A stretch of DNA of 64,000 bases, taken from NCBI GenBank assembly GCA_002633005.1, contig NMRA01000001.1:1087755-1151754 (forward strand), in the 5' to 3' direction. Shown here piece by piece: positions 1 through 12,500 of the stretch. Under the pieces are notes generated by a model. The model did not search any database, was not told where the DNA came from, and saw only the letters and a list, made by a program, of their open reading frames with translations. Every line of letters begins with the position of its first letter. Position 1 is the first letter of the stretch. Source of the DNA: Phoronis australis (lineage: Eukaryota > Animalia > Phoronida). The position numbers and the translations under genes are program-made.

Positions 1-399
1 TCAGAGTTACCTAGGACTTGGTGAATGTACCTTGTACCACAGGTAGTAGCGTGTGACAATGTGGGTTTGTTTCTTTGCCATGCTGTCTCAGAAGCTTATT
101 AGTTTTTTTTTTGTTGTGTCTGTGATCGATTGCTGTTGATTTGTAATCTGAAATGAACTATGAGGAACTTCTTTGCGTGTTGAATTGAGTCTAACTGGGA
201 ATTTTCAACTCGAAACATGATTTTCCAAATGTGACCTGGGGAAACATGGTCAAATACAAAATCATTAGGGTATTGAGTCAAAATAAAACCTGGGGGACAC
301 TGCTTTACGCGTACACAAATGCAACTATGTGTGGTGCATATTGCTGACATTTGTAACCTTTGTAATCACTCTTCATATCATTGCGACCACAGGACGACA

Positions 400-504
400 A
401 TGGATTCAACTCCACCTGGTGCCAGCATTCACATTGATGGACAGGTACTTCAAGAAGACGAAGAAGATGAGATGCAAGTGGAAGAACAAACCAAGCAGAA
501 TGAG
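400..504 (+). CDS. CEP152: Probable first coding exon of CEP152 (acidic N-terminal segment MDSTPPGASIHIDGQVLQEDEEDEMQVEEQTKQNE)
   Basis: Acceptor ccacag ends at 392, ATG at 400, phase-0 donor GT at 505 (an alternative in-frame donor GTATGA lies at 553). Joins in frame to LRELLTNAFDDL at 20805, giving the acidic-stretch-then-helix layout of the CEP152 N-terminus. Confidence 0.75.
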
Positions 505-3500
505 GTACCAGTAGCTGTTTTTTTGCAGATGCTGAGATTGTGTACATTCAAGGTATGATTCCAGACCAGTTTGCAGGTGTACATGGGTATTGAAGATGTA
601 GGCATAGTGAACTTTGCAATGCATTGGATTTACCAGTCTAGCCTCAGTATTTACTAGCACTGATTTCAGGGTGGCGTTCTGCAGGCGCAGATGGGTAAAG
701 TTAGTGTGAACGCTAATGTGATCTTGCATTTTCTCGAGTTTTTCACGTTTACGCAATGCTGGCCAAAGTGTGCTTGAGCCATTGACTGGGGCCAAGTTTC
801 CCGTTCTCAGAGGTAAGTGTTTTCGTAATTGGTTTTGACCCTGTCTAGTAAGTGTTCTTACAGTAAACTCTCACCACTTCCTTACAAAAATAGGGATTTT
901 CACCTAAAGAAAAGTCCCTGTGCCTTCTGAGAGCGGAATTTATTCGGGTGAGAGGAAAATCCCCCTATGGTCGTCACTTATCCTAGGGTTTGTCTGAGTT
1001 TATATTATTTTATACCTCAGAGGAACTTTTTATTCATCGGAGGAAAATTTTGAGCCTGATGAGGGAAATTTTTCAAGATTTTAGAACATTTTCAGAGAGG
1101 AATGGAACTGATGTTTAGCCCCAGAAATGAGGTATTGAGGGCCCTGAAAGAATTGTCAAAACTGTTGGGCTGTCAATTGTTATGTATTTATCCGTATTCT
1201 ACATAGGGCCGAAAAAATCACTTCGTATGAATTTTCAAATGTTATGGATTTTGAGCCTTTATTTGTCTGGCAGAAACACTATAAGATGAAAGTTGAAATT
1301 ATCTTTAAAATCGTCAGTGTTTCGAAGCACCAAACTAGCGGAGATTGAGGCAGGAATTACTGGAAAGTGACGGAAATTGTCGACAATTGAAGATCTGCAC
1401 AATAAAAACATATCGTGAGAACCGGTGTAGAATGCAATTTGCATACCAAATTTCCCTTTTTTGATTGGTAAATTGCTTTTTTGTGAAATGCTGGCCAATG
1501 AAAAGTGCGCTTACTTGGTTTTGCTTTGTGTGTTATCGTATTCGTTTAAAATTGTGTTGAGATGTTGACAGCGAAATTTCAGAGATGATATACCATGAAA
1601 TTGCCATTTTTCATAACATTCGTCAAGGTTGAATGTCCTCTTTTTCATAAATGTTGTCTAGTGTTAGGTACCGAAGTTTTCAAAATATTGACTACACTGT
1701 CTTCCTCTTGTCGACAATCTCAAAAATTGCTACGCAATATTTCCTGCATATTTTCAAATGATTTAGGGTAATCTTCCATCTGATTTTCCTCTTGGTTTTC
1801 ACCATGAATTTCGACAGAGTTGCCAACTTGTGATATGTAGTACTTTAACTCGATGCTACATATTATTTATGAGATGAGATAATATTTCCCACCCACCATG
1901 TTTTGTTCTGAATTGGTGAGATTTTACTGTAAGACTTATGCCAGCAGACTGACTGAGAAAGGTAAGTCGTCTTTTTAGGAAGACACTGATATGTTGTGAA
2001 ACTTGTATTGTCTTGGAGTGGGGCAATATACATTTTTAGGAATTTGGTTTGATTGTTTTTAGGGGGAATTTAATAAGTTTCTGTTTGATTCTTTTTGTCA
2101 AATTAATTCATTTTTTGTAAAATATAAGTAGTTAAGTTACTACTCGTAACAAAATTGATATGATTCCAAGTAATGAACAGTCCTTTTCTGTTTATGTGTT
2201 CAACATCACAACAATATCCTTCAAGTGATACAAATAAATCATAACTTTGTGGGACACCTAATGGCAAAAACAAAATAGTTATGTGACTATGAATATGTAA
2301 TTGGGTTACGTGATGTGGCCAATAGGTGGCGTGCAGACCAGACTTAAAATTTTGTGATAGTTATATGGCAGGGAAACACCACTACTTTCATGAAGTTCCC
2401 AACAAAATAACTTGTTCTCTTTAATCGTGCTATCTCTCTGTAAGAGTGTGTTTTTGTTGTGCGCGACTCTAAAAAGCAAAGATTGTCTAGTGCTTCTGCA
2501 TTTTTTGTCTCACCTGAGGTAATCGCATACACTGTAAAATTTGAACTGTTACAATAACATTATGCTGCTTCAGCAATTAAACACTTGTTCAAATTTGGAC
2601 ATTCTGAAACCCGTACAGACATGTTTACCAACATGTTTTGACCTTCATTTCACAAATGGCTGTTATCAAATTTACTGTGCAGTTTCTACATGGTTCCAAA
2701 AAAATAATTACATGAAACTCGAAGCCCGTTAACAAATGTGCCAGAATGCCAACTTAACGGAAAGTACCAGATATTGTGACCAGTGACAACGACATTACAG
2801 TGAGGTCGAATTCTAGTATGACCCGTTGTAAGGTATAATTAGTAAGAATTCGTTTTTTTATACTTCATGAAAGGTCATGCTACCTCATGGCTGCCGTTAG
2901 TCAAGATATACGGTCTGGTCTTTATAGGCGAAGGCAACCTTTTTTCATGTCATTTTGAGCTAAAATAAGGTTGGTTGGTTATCCTAGACATATTTTCCAC
3001 TTAATTACAGCTTTTCGTAATTTTGTTAATTACTCGTCCGCTACTCCGGAAGTGACGTTTTAGGAGGCAAGCATTTCGCGCCAATTTCTTTTCATATAGT
3101 CTGACTGCGAGAGCTGCCGAGTCAGTCATTGTTCTACCTCGGTTGTGTTAAGTTACGTCGTCGTTTGCTTTCATTTACTAGTCAGTCAACATGCCACACT
3201 GTTGCTGCATACCAGGATGTACTAACTATCGGCTCACGCGCGCTTTGGGAGTACCTTAGCATCGCTTTCCGATGGATGACACACTTCGCCGTACTTGGAT
3301 CGTTCGTGTGAAGAACGCAGCGTTACCCGTCCACGCAACGTACAAAGCAGTCGAGAATTACCGTGTGTGTGGCATGCACTTTCTGCCGTCCGATTACGAA
3401 AGGGATTTGTACGCTGAACTGATGAAAGTCCCTGTGAAACAACGCCTGAAGAAGGATGCCATTCAGTCTGTGTTGATTCCCGGCAGTGCCCCGTCGCCAC

Positions 3501-6500
3501 CCCCGAGAAGTGCGTTTTTGAAGAGAGAAGCCTCGCGAGCTGTGGCCAGTACAGTGACTGGAGTCAGTGGAGGCACTTCATCCACTGTCACCCGTGCCTC
3601 CGAACGTACCTCAGAGCGTGCAATTCCTGGAACCAGTAGTGATTCGCCCTGTGCTGTTTTCTCCAGCCCAGAGCCTCTAAGCAGCCCTGCAGCGATATTG
3701 AGTAGTGGGAGTGATTACAGGCCCAGTTCGACACCCAGTGAAGAGGACAGTTCGTCGTCCAGTGAACAGATCGGTGAGCCAAACTTTGATAAGTTTATTG
3801 TGGACTTGTCTAAAGTGTTGGAGCTATTTAGAAGGTGCCAGGTGTGTGGCGAGGGAGTCACACGACACAATGTAAGCAGTTTGGGTGCTCAGGTCACCAT
3901 CCAGTGGGAGTGTGTCACGGGACACTCTGGCAAGTGGGACAGTTGTTCCTCTGTCCGTGGTATGCCGGAGGTCCACTTAACCATGTCCAGTGGTGTGCTC
4001 TTCACTGGAAACACGTTTCAGTCGGTGAAGACAATGATGGACTTTGGAAAAGTCAAGTTTTTTTTCGAAAACAACATTCAACAACATTCAGAATTCCTAT
4101 TTAATACCAGTTGTCAATGACGCATACATGTCACAACATCTCGAGTTGGTGGCGGAATTCATGGAGAAGGAGAACTTGTCTGACTCACCAGGGCGGTCCG
4201 CCAAGTATACCACATACACTCTAATGGAGGAAGAGACCAAAAAGATAATTGATGTGGAACTCGGAACAGCACAAGCATTCAATTGAGGTAGGCATAACAA
4301 CGCACACAGTGCATTTGCACCAAGATGTGTCACCACGTCTGTCTTCAGTAGCCGCCTCGTTTCTCTCAACAGCTGCCTGTGCCTGTGTGTACTCTGCCTC
4401 GTTGTACTCGGGCTCAAACATGTACCCACCCACTGAATGTCCGTGAAAAAATTCCTCGTCACCACTGCTGTGAACAAGGTCTCCGTCACTCACACTACTG
4501 TCACTGTGATACGGGTCACCGACTCCAGCCATTTTCAGCTTACAACACACTAAACAATCCCTAAATCCAACGCAGTTGAGTTCTCTACTAACCTATCTTG
4601 CCGCAGAATACTCGCCGATGGAAAGTGGTGGCGACAATTGGTGAAAAATAGCACAAAACAAAAGTAGAATAGAACAGATTCGCACAGTAAGCTCAACGCA
4701 AAACCAAGTGGCGGGAAGCGCTTGCCTCCTAAAACGTCACTTCCGGAATAGAGGACGAGTAATTAATAAAATTGCGAAAAGCTGTAATTAAGTGGAAAAT
4801 ATGTCTAGGATAACCAACCAACCTTATTTTAGCTCAAAATGACATGAAAAAAGGTTGCCTTCGCCTTTAACCAAACCATTTCTATTCTAAAATTACATAT
4901 TTGGCCTCTGAAATCGGTTAGCATTTTTTGATTTCTGGTTCAGTCTGAATTATGAGCTTAATTAACTAATTGTTAAAACTGAAATTATACGTGAAAAAGG
5001 CATAAATTGATGCTTTGTCTAATTCAGATTTCACCAACTAACTTCCAAATTTATGTAAATTTCGCAAACTTCTATGAATCATTGACTTATACCAGCCGAC
5101 TGAAGGAAAAAGAACGTAAACAATATGCAAAATATGCATCTCTAAGGTTTCAAATGTTATTACCAAGCAGTTACCTCAGCACTGGACACATTTCACTGGC
5201 ATAGTGATCTGCAATTTGTGAAAAACTATTCACAAACAATCACAGTCTGTAACAAATACACAGGAAATTGGCGATCCCAGTGACGAAAATAAATGTGCAT
5301 GATGTCCCTTGCTAACTTCAGTCAGTTTCTAATTAAAAAATGGTTAATGGTCAAACATTGGAACATTCATATGAGGTGTAAAGATTTCACATTACGTTTT
5401 AGTAAAAAACAGAGATTCATGTTCCGAGAAAAATTATGCTCCATGCGCCTTAGTTTATCTAGTGGTACACTTGTCTTTGCAACCATACAAAAAGCTTTTG
5501 TGTTGGTATTGCTCCAGGCATTCTGGTCAAGGACATTTTCATTCTTTTGTAATAGACAAGTTATTTGGTCATGTACATGGCTTGTGTGACATGACTTTAC
5601 CTGATGTGTAATGAATTATTGACTCTGGTTCAAACAAATACTTGAATAGCATGAGACACAAGAGTCTCGTTTAGACATCAACTTTTGGCCCGGCGCAACT
5701 GACATGGAGCAAATTGATCAGTGTCAAGCAGCCGTTTACACACACAACTCACTAACTGTGGCAAGACGGAAATTGTATGCTGGGAGTGGATCACACATGC
5801 GCAGGTTTACAAATGACGGGAGTTGAAAAGACAGAGAACCTGTATTTAGATCATTACACAAGTGCAGTAGAGATGATCCTTTCTGCCTTGCCCCAGTTTC
5901 GCGTTTAGAAACACAATTGACGCAGAGCAAGATATTCTAGCGCAAATTGCTCTACCTCACAAACGGATGGCAAAAGTCATCGCGGAGTCAACTTGCTCCA
6001 GTTCAGTCTCGTTTACACACATACTTGCGCTGGAACAACTCAGTGTCAACTTTTGTAGTGTAAACGGCACTAAGGACAGAGATGTCCTTAGATTGGATTA
6101 GAAGTAGACTAAAGTTCTCATTTGCTTGGCTAAGCTTCGTTTGTTGTCACCCATTGGACAGTTACCAATGTCTTGAAAATTGAAATGAATGGTTTTGTTA
6201 AGGTAGTGAGCAACTAACGTCATCATAATTAGAGTAAATATTTTCATTAATTAAGCCCCACTGTGTATCAATGTTTTTGGCGTCTTTCCAAGGGGGACTT
6301 CTTTTGTGCGCATAGGGTTGACCATTGATTCTCTACCACTGATGCAATTTCACACTATGTTTCTCAAATTAATCTCAAATTACACAAAACACGACCATTG
6401 TTGCTTATTCTCTCCACTGACTTTGGTGGAACACTGGAAAATAGAACTATTTGTGGCAGTGAATGGTGTCCTATAGTTAAACTTTTGTTTGCTTGTAAAA

Positions 6501-9500
6501 GACCTAACATGAATTACCTAACAGAGGCCAGTGGTGTAGGTATTCATACATTCACAGTTCATTCATTCAGTGGCCCACTATTTTGGCAGTTATATCCAGT
6601 ATTATATCATTTAATTATAACTGACAGTCCTCAGAATTGATTTGCTCCTCATTGCTTTTCTGTGAAAAGTTAATGTACCATGCATGCCATTGACAAGACT
6701 GTCAATTTTTTACACTAATCTGGACTTCTTAGAAATGTAACAGAACATAGCGTGTTGGAAATCATGCCTTTCATTTAGTCACACAGTTTACAGAAGATTT
6801 TGAATAATTTTGAGAACCAGTTTCTCTACTGAATTACGGGAATCAAAGTGATTCTCAAAATCCGATCCCCTGTAAGAGACTATTTCTGGATTTGAGATAG
6901 AAAGCGACTTTAATTCTTGTTATTCCAAAATAATTAGTATTTAATTATTGATTCTCACCAAGGTCAAAATGTTGGTTTTTCTGACCCTAAAAATGTGATA
7001 AGGACCTCATCGGATTTATTGTATGATCATTCGCTATGTAATTCATTGAAGGAGGCTGTGTTTTGAGCCTTCCATGGCATGTCAATCACTCGTTCGGTCA
7101 GTTAGATAACATTTTTTTGCCCAAAATGTGGAGATATTTTCAGTGAACTTTTAGGAGATGTTCAGAAAGACAAAGGGGTGATTAATTATATTTTGGGAAA
7201 AATGTCATGTTTTTTCATCGCACAACTGGGTCGTTTTCAGTTAAAAACAGTGGACAAAAATTGTTGAGTGACATCAATGTGATTGTGTGTCCGCAGCTGA
7301 GGGTGCACATGCTTAGGCCCATGCAAATAATGTGTATTGAAAGTCAGTGAACATTTTAGCCTTTGAAATCACCTTTTGTACAGTAAGGTCATGCAAGGAA
7401 CTGTGATGCTTTGATGCAAATTCATCTAGTGGTTTGTTTTTTTCGGTTATTTAAATACAATAATCTGAATGACATTACAAATCCTAAAATATTTATGAGT
7501 GGTAGGCTAGTAGCTCAGTGGTAAAGTGGTGGCTTGTGAACAGGAAGAGCGCTGGATCATGAGATCTCCATGAACTTTCCGATCAATAACGTGTTATCGT
7601 AATTTTTAAAAAATTAGTTTAATTTACATTTAAAAGTTCTAGAATGGACTACAGGATACCTTATGCTAAAGTGTTGTCCACACACTGACTTACCCTATAA
7701 CAAGTTACTCCTGGAACGAGTTGTCACTAGATTGGAGGCTGTATGGACGCTATTTGAACTAGTGCAATTTAACCCGCTTGTGACAACTTACCCCACCTTA
7801 TCTACTAGGTGGGGTAACTTGTTCTAAGGTTACTTGCCCCACTTTTATTGGCTGTGTGGCTACAAACCTGGGACAAGGTGGAAGTAATTATCAGATGCGG
7901 TTACATACAGATGAACCTTTTCTTTTGCCCGCCGTACTCGAATTAGGTGTTCACTGTCACGCACAGAGCGACAACTTCCTCCTTACCCTAATTATCGGAT
8001 ATGTGTGTATGGGTGCTCCACTTAAAAATGGGTTAAGTTGCACTAGTGCGAGTTGTTTTAGGGTAGACTGTGTGTGGACGGGACTTAAGTGTAGTGTTGA
8101 TAAATCTGGGTTGTAATTTCACTGCTCATTTTCCATAGATTTGCCCTATTTTGGCCTATATCAATTGGTTATTATCTATTATGTTCGCAAAAAATGGCAT
8201 TTGTTGCCTTCAAACAGAGTAGGCTGAACACATTCTTGGAACCTGTACAGTATAATAGTTCAGCAAATGACCATTAGATTTCCCATTACCTTGTTTACCT
8301 GGCCTAATGTTCGCATATCTTTCCTATTATAATCCAAACATTAAGATTGTGTGGTGTAGCTACCATTGATCAAAGCACTATTCTGGGAATTTTTTTTGCA
8401 AGTGCGTGCAAACCAGGTCTACAATGGATTCCCAAAAGAATCCTCTGTCGGACTAGAAATAATGCGTATCTTCGTCACTATGGAAAAAGAAAAACATAAT
8501 TGGTATGTACACTAAATCTTAGCCTGCTGAGCCCAATCCTGTTACTCTAGCTTGCACATGTGAATCATATTGAAGGAAGAATATCGGGATTGTGTTGCCG
8601 AGGCACAAAGAGTTTTGCTGACGTTTAAAACACTTCGCAGAAAGCTTTGTTGAAAAACCCACTTTCTTAATAAACTTATTTTGTGTTAAAGTAACCTTTA
8701 TGGATGTAGGTACAAAATGCAATGAAGAAGGTGATGCGTTAAATGTATTCATGCATTGTCTGCTACGTGTAGTTACAAAACGAAAGACAAGTTTTTTGTG
8801 ACAAGTTTATTGTTACAGTAACTTCAACTTCACATTCAACATGTTCCTAAGGAGAATGCAGACTATCAGACAACATTGTGCATATATCTTGGTCCAACCC
8901 TGTCAGTTTTTGCTAAACAGTTCCGACTCCTGCCTGTTTACTTCCTGTTGTAGTTAGAGGTCGGATATATGATGGGAGTGGCAGGTGTACTGTACAGATT
9001 TCACAACATAAATAGGATAATTTCAAAAGCAAAGATATTGCATTTGGGGAAAATGTCATAAAATTTTGAAGTTTGAAAGTAACCACGAATTTTGAAGCAA
9101 ATTGCACATCAATCTTTGCCCGAGTTCTTCTGGCTTGGCAGCAACTTGTAAAAATCTAGTGACATCATGGTTACCAGGTCGCCATACCAAATCTGCGGTT
9201 GCATTGGCCCTGCCCTTGCATTTTTGAATTTTTGGTGCAAAATACCCGGAGTATTACCGTATTCCGCACGAGTTACATAGCCAGCTTTCTTCCTAAACTC
9301 GTCATTCACTGACGTCATTTTACCTGGCTTCACTACTGTAATGTGTCTCCAGTTTTGGTTATATTTCATTAATCAGTCTTGCATAAGGTAACTAAATGAA
9401 AGTTAGGGGTTTTTTTCGGGAAACGACTTGGAATTTTTTGTCTGGTTGCCTTCACCGTTTTTGCCATGATATCAACAACACTGGACAAGTTTCAAAGCAA

Positions 9501-12500
9501 TTCGTCAATTTTTTTAATATTACTGTAACCTAATGACTTTCAAGAATTCTTGGCAAGTTTCAAGGAACTTAATCCAGGTAGGAAAACTTACGTAACCTGC
9601 TATAATACTATTACTTCAGTGAGCAGAAATTATCAACTATTAATAGTTTTCAAATTAAACTTGGTCACATTTTATTTGTGAAATTGCACTTCCTGTCCCT
9701 ATCTCATAAAACTAGACAGGTACTGATGTATTTTTACTTGACACATTTGACATGTTGTATATAAAAATTTCCCTGTAATTTGGACTTGTAATTTGGAGTT
9801 AGTTCAGTCTTGTTAAGTTTGCTCCAGGGTGGTTTAGGGCTGGGCACATCTGCAGATTGAGGAGTGCTAGGTTAGAGCTGAGGCTATGGTTTGAATATAA
9901 TGTTTTGTATTGATTGTGTACTATTGCATATATTCATGAATGCTGTCTTTATAAAGATTTAATGGACCATGGTGTTCAATTTACCCACAGTTTTCACTGG
10001 TAGTTATATTCAAGTTAGTTAAGTACTGAGCTTAGGATTTTAATATTTATGAATTTTCATGAATTATGGATTGATGAATTTTTTGCCAGGGGTGTCATTG
10101 GTATGCTGCATTTTATTCGTCAAGGTAAGAACATAAACTTAGTTGAATTATTTTACAATCATGTTCAATATACAGTTGAAAGCCCCGTGAAAAATGGAGG
10201 AAAATTGTCTTGGGAGTTTCACCTGAGCTTTGAAGAGTTTGTGGTGGATAGGATGCCGTTGACTTATGTGCATGAAAATAACACTTTGATGTTCTAATCA
10301 TGTGGCTATTTTTTTAACCCTGTTTTTCCACACGCATGAATTATTTCAGACATGCAAATTCTGTTTGTTTATTCTATTACCTACAAAAAGTGTCTGGCTT
10401 TTTTAAGGCCCTCGAACGCTGCCGTCACAAATGGAGATGTCAACATTCCATGCAAAGCAGAATTTGAAAGTTTCATTTAAAAAAATTGTGCTTGTGGAAA
10501 GGGGTAGCCTATTAGCTTAATGGAACTTAAAAGTACATTTGGAATCATGTCAAGAATATTTCCTACCTTGCTAGGTATTGCCTGAAAAACACAAAGTCCG
10601 TGACTCATACAGCGGACTGGTTACTCAGGCTATCAAGAAAGTCACATATCATGGTGGTTAGATTCCACTTGGGTGAGATACACTACGTGTAGATTTTTTC
10701 ATAGTTTGTTGCAAGTACAGTAAAGGTATTTACTTTCTCAAGGACTGCGTTCATGATGTTTCAAACTGCATTCGTCATTTGTTAACAGAACTGTAGAGTA
10801 TACAGTACCAAACGTTCGCAACAGCAAGAACACAGTCCCTGAATAAGTGAATTATTTTACCCTATGCCAAATATACAAATATAGTGACCCCCGACTCCCT
10901 GTCATGGTGGCTGGCTGGAACTAGAATTCATCGGTAGAGTACCATTCTCAGGTGACCGGTAATGAAGGGGAAATACATGCGCAAATTTGGCTATATTAGG
11001 AACATCATATCTCAGAAATATGAAACTTTCATGTAATATATGCTTTACACACTGTTCTATAAGATGTTAGGAATTGTTTGTAAAATTCTCCACCTTTGTG
11101 TTAGGGGCTATTAAAAAAGTGATTGAATTCAAAAGTTGCATAAAACGAAAAAATACTGACATCGATGAAAATTGTGAGATCGTTTTTGAGATTTTATCTT
11201 GAAATTTATATCAATGAAACTTCACCATTTTATAGATAGGCTACCATTGTTTTGATATGATTGTAACCTTCTTTTATGCTAAGTTTTACTAAAGACATTT
11301 TCACGTAAACCAATTAATAGCAGACTGGTGTAACGCTGAAAATCAGAGTTTTAAGAATTCCTACTATCAGAAAATATATACATATATATATATACGTATA
11401 TATATACACATATATACATATACATATACATATACATATATATATATATATATATATACCTTTACAGAGTTGATTTCTATAGGTTTATAGTTGGCTAAAT
11501 GTACAGGCTTGTCAGTAATATTGTAACAGAGAAGTTAGTAAGATAGTTAAACCCAAGTTAGTAAGGTAGCTAAACGGTTATGCAGTTAAGTGTATTTGCT
11601 ATTATGTTAGTTTTTGTCAGTTATTTTTGCTAATTACTAAATTAGCTGTTGGGCAGGGAAGCAGCGCGTTGACGGATTACTTTTGTCTTGTAGTATATAG
11701 GGATGTAGTGGCAAACAAGTTTGGAGTTTGGCCCGTTCTGTAACAGATGCAGTAGGCAGGGTTCAAATTTAGCTGAAGCTATAGGGAAAACTGCCACTCA
11801 TTGGCTGATTTTGCTTGTGGGCTTAGGAACAAAGAGCAGACAAAAATGCTTGTATTTTTGTTTTGAGTATGATTTTAACTGCTTGATTTTGTTTCAAGTT
11901 TCAAAAACTTGGAGCAAAATTTTTCCTGTGAGATAAAAGTTAAGTTCTAACCCTGGTATGCCAGAAATTCCGGTCCACATTTTATGCATACTGTTTTGGA
12001 CTCGAACTATAATGTCTCGGATTTTTTGTCTTGACCACACTTTTGAAAGAAATTAAGCTGAGTATTTGGCCATTATGAAATGTAGATCAATTAAACTTAG
12101 TTATTGAACATTTTGATAAAAATGTCCTTAAATTTGCAGTAAATCCCTCCCACCATCAAAGAAATTAAACTTACAACAATGAAATTGGTCTGAACTTGTT
12201 CCATATTCAGATGAAAAGTGATTTCCTGTCCAGAAAAGAACTGATATTTTGTTGTTGTTTGAGATCACACTCTGCTGGCAAAATGAGACACCATAAAAAG
12301 CCAGCTCATTGAGCTCGTTTTTAAGCAGTGAAAACTCTCAGTTCATCCCAAGCTCAGAAATCACATCTATTCTCTAAAGAACATGTAAGGGGGACTTAAT
12401 GAGAAGATTTATGGGGAAATTTCGTCCTTTTCTAGCTCCCTAACCGAGGAAATTCTTTCTGTTAATGTTATTTGACATCGATGTGTTTCACAATAGATAA

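Larger units (their letters stand above)
2926..4866 (+). mobile_element. Kolobok-type DNA transposon, internally deleted and non-autonomous (1941 bp)
   Basis: 158-bp terminal inverted repeats at 2926-3083 and 4709-4866 (AGGCGAAGGCAACCTT...AAGGTTGCCTTCGCCT), AG..CT ends, flanked by TTAT (2922-2925) and TTAA (4867-4870). Contains a THAP-transposase remnant and a convergent Cys-rich ORF, which is the known Kolobok layout. Confidence 0.88.

Noticed and set aside
7505-7570. Functional tRNA gene (also ~61397-61445)
   Set aside because: Only an A-box-like head; no intact B-box, acceptor stem or anticodon arm. Treated as a SINE remnant.
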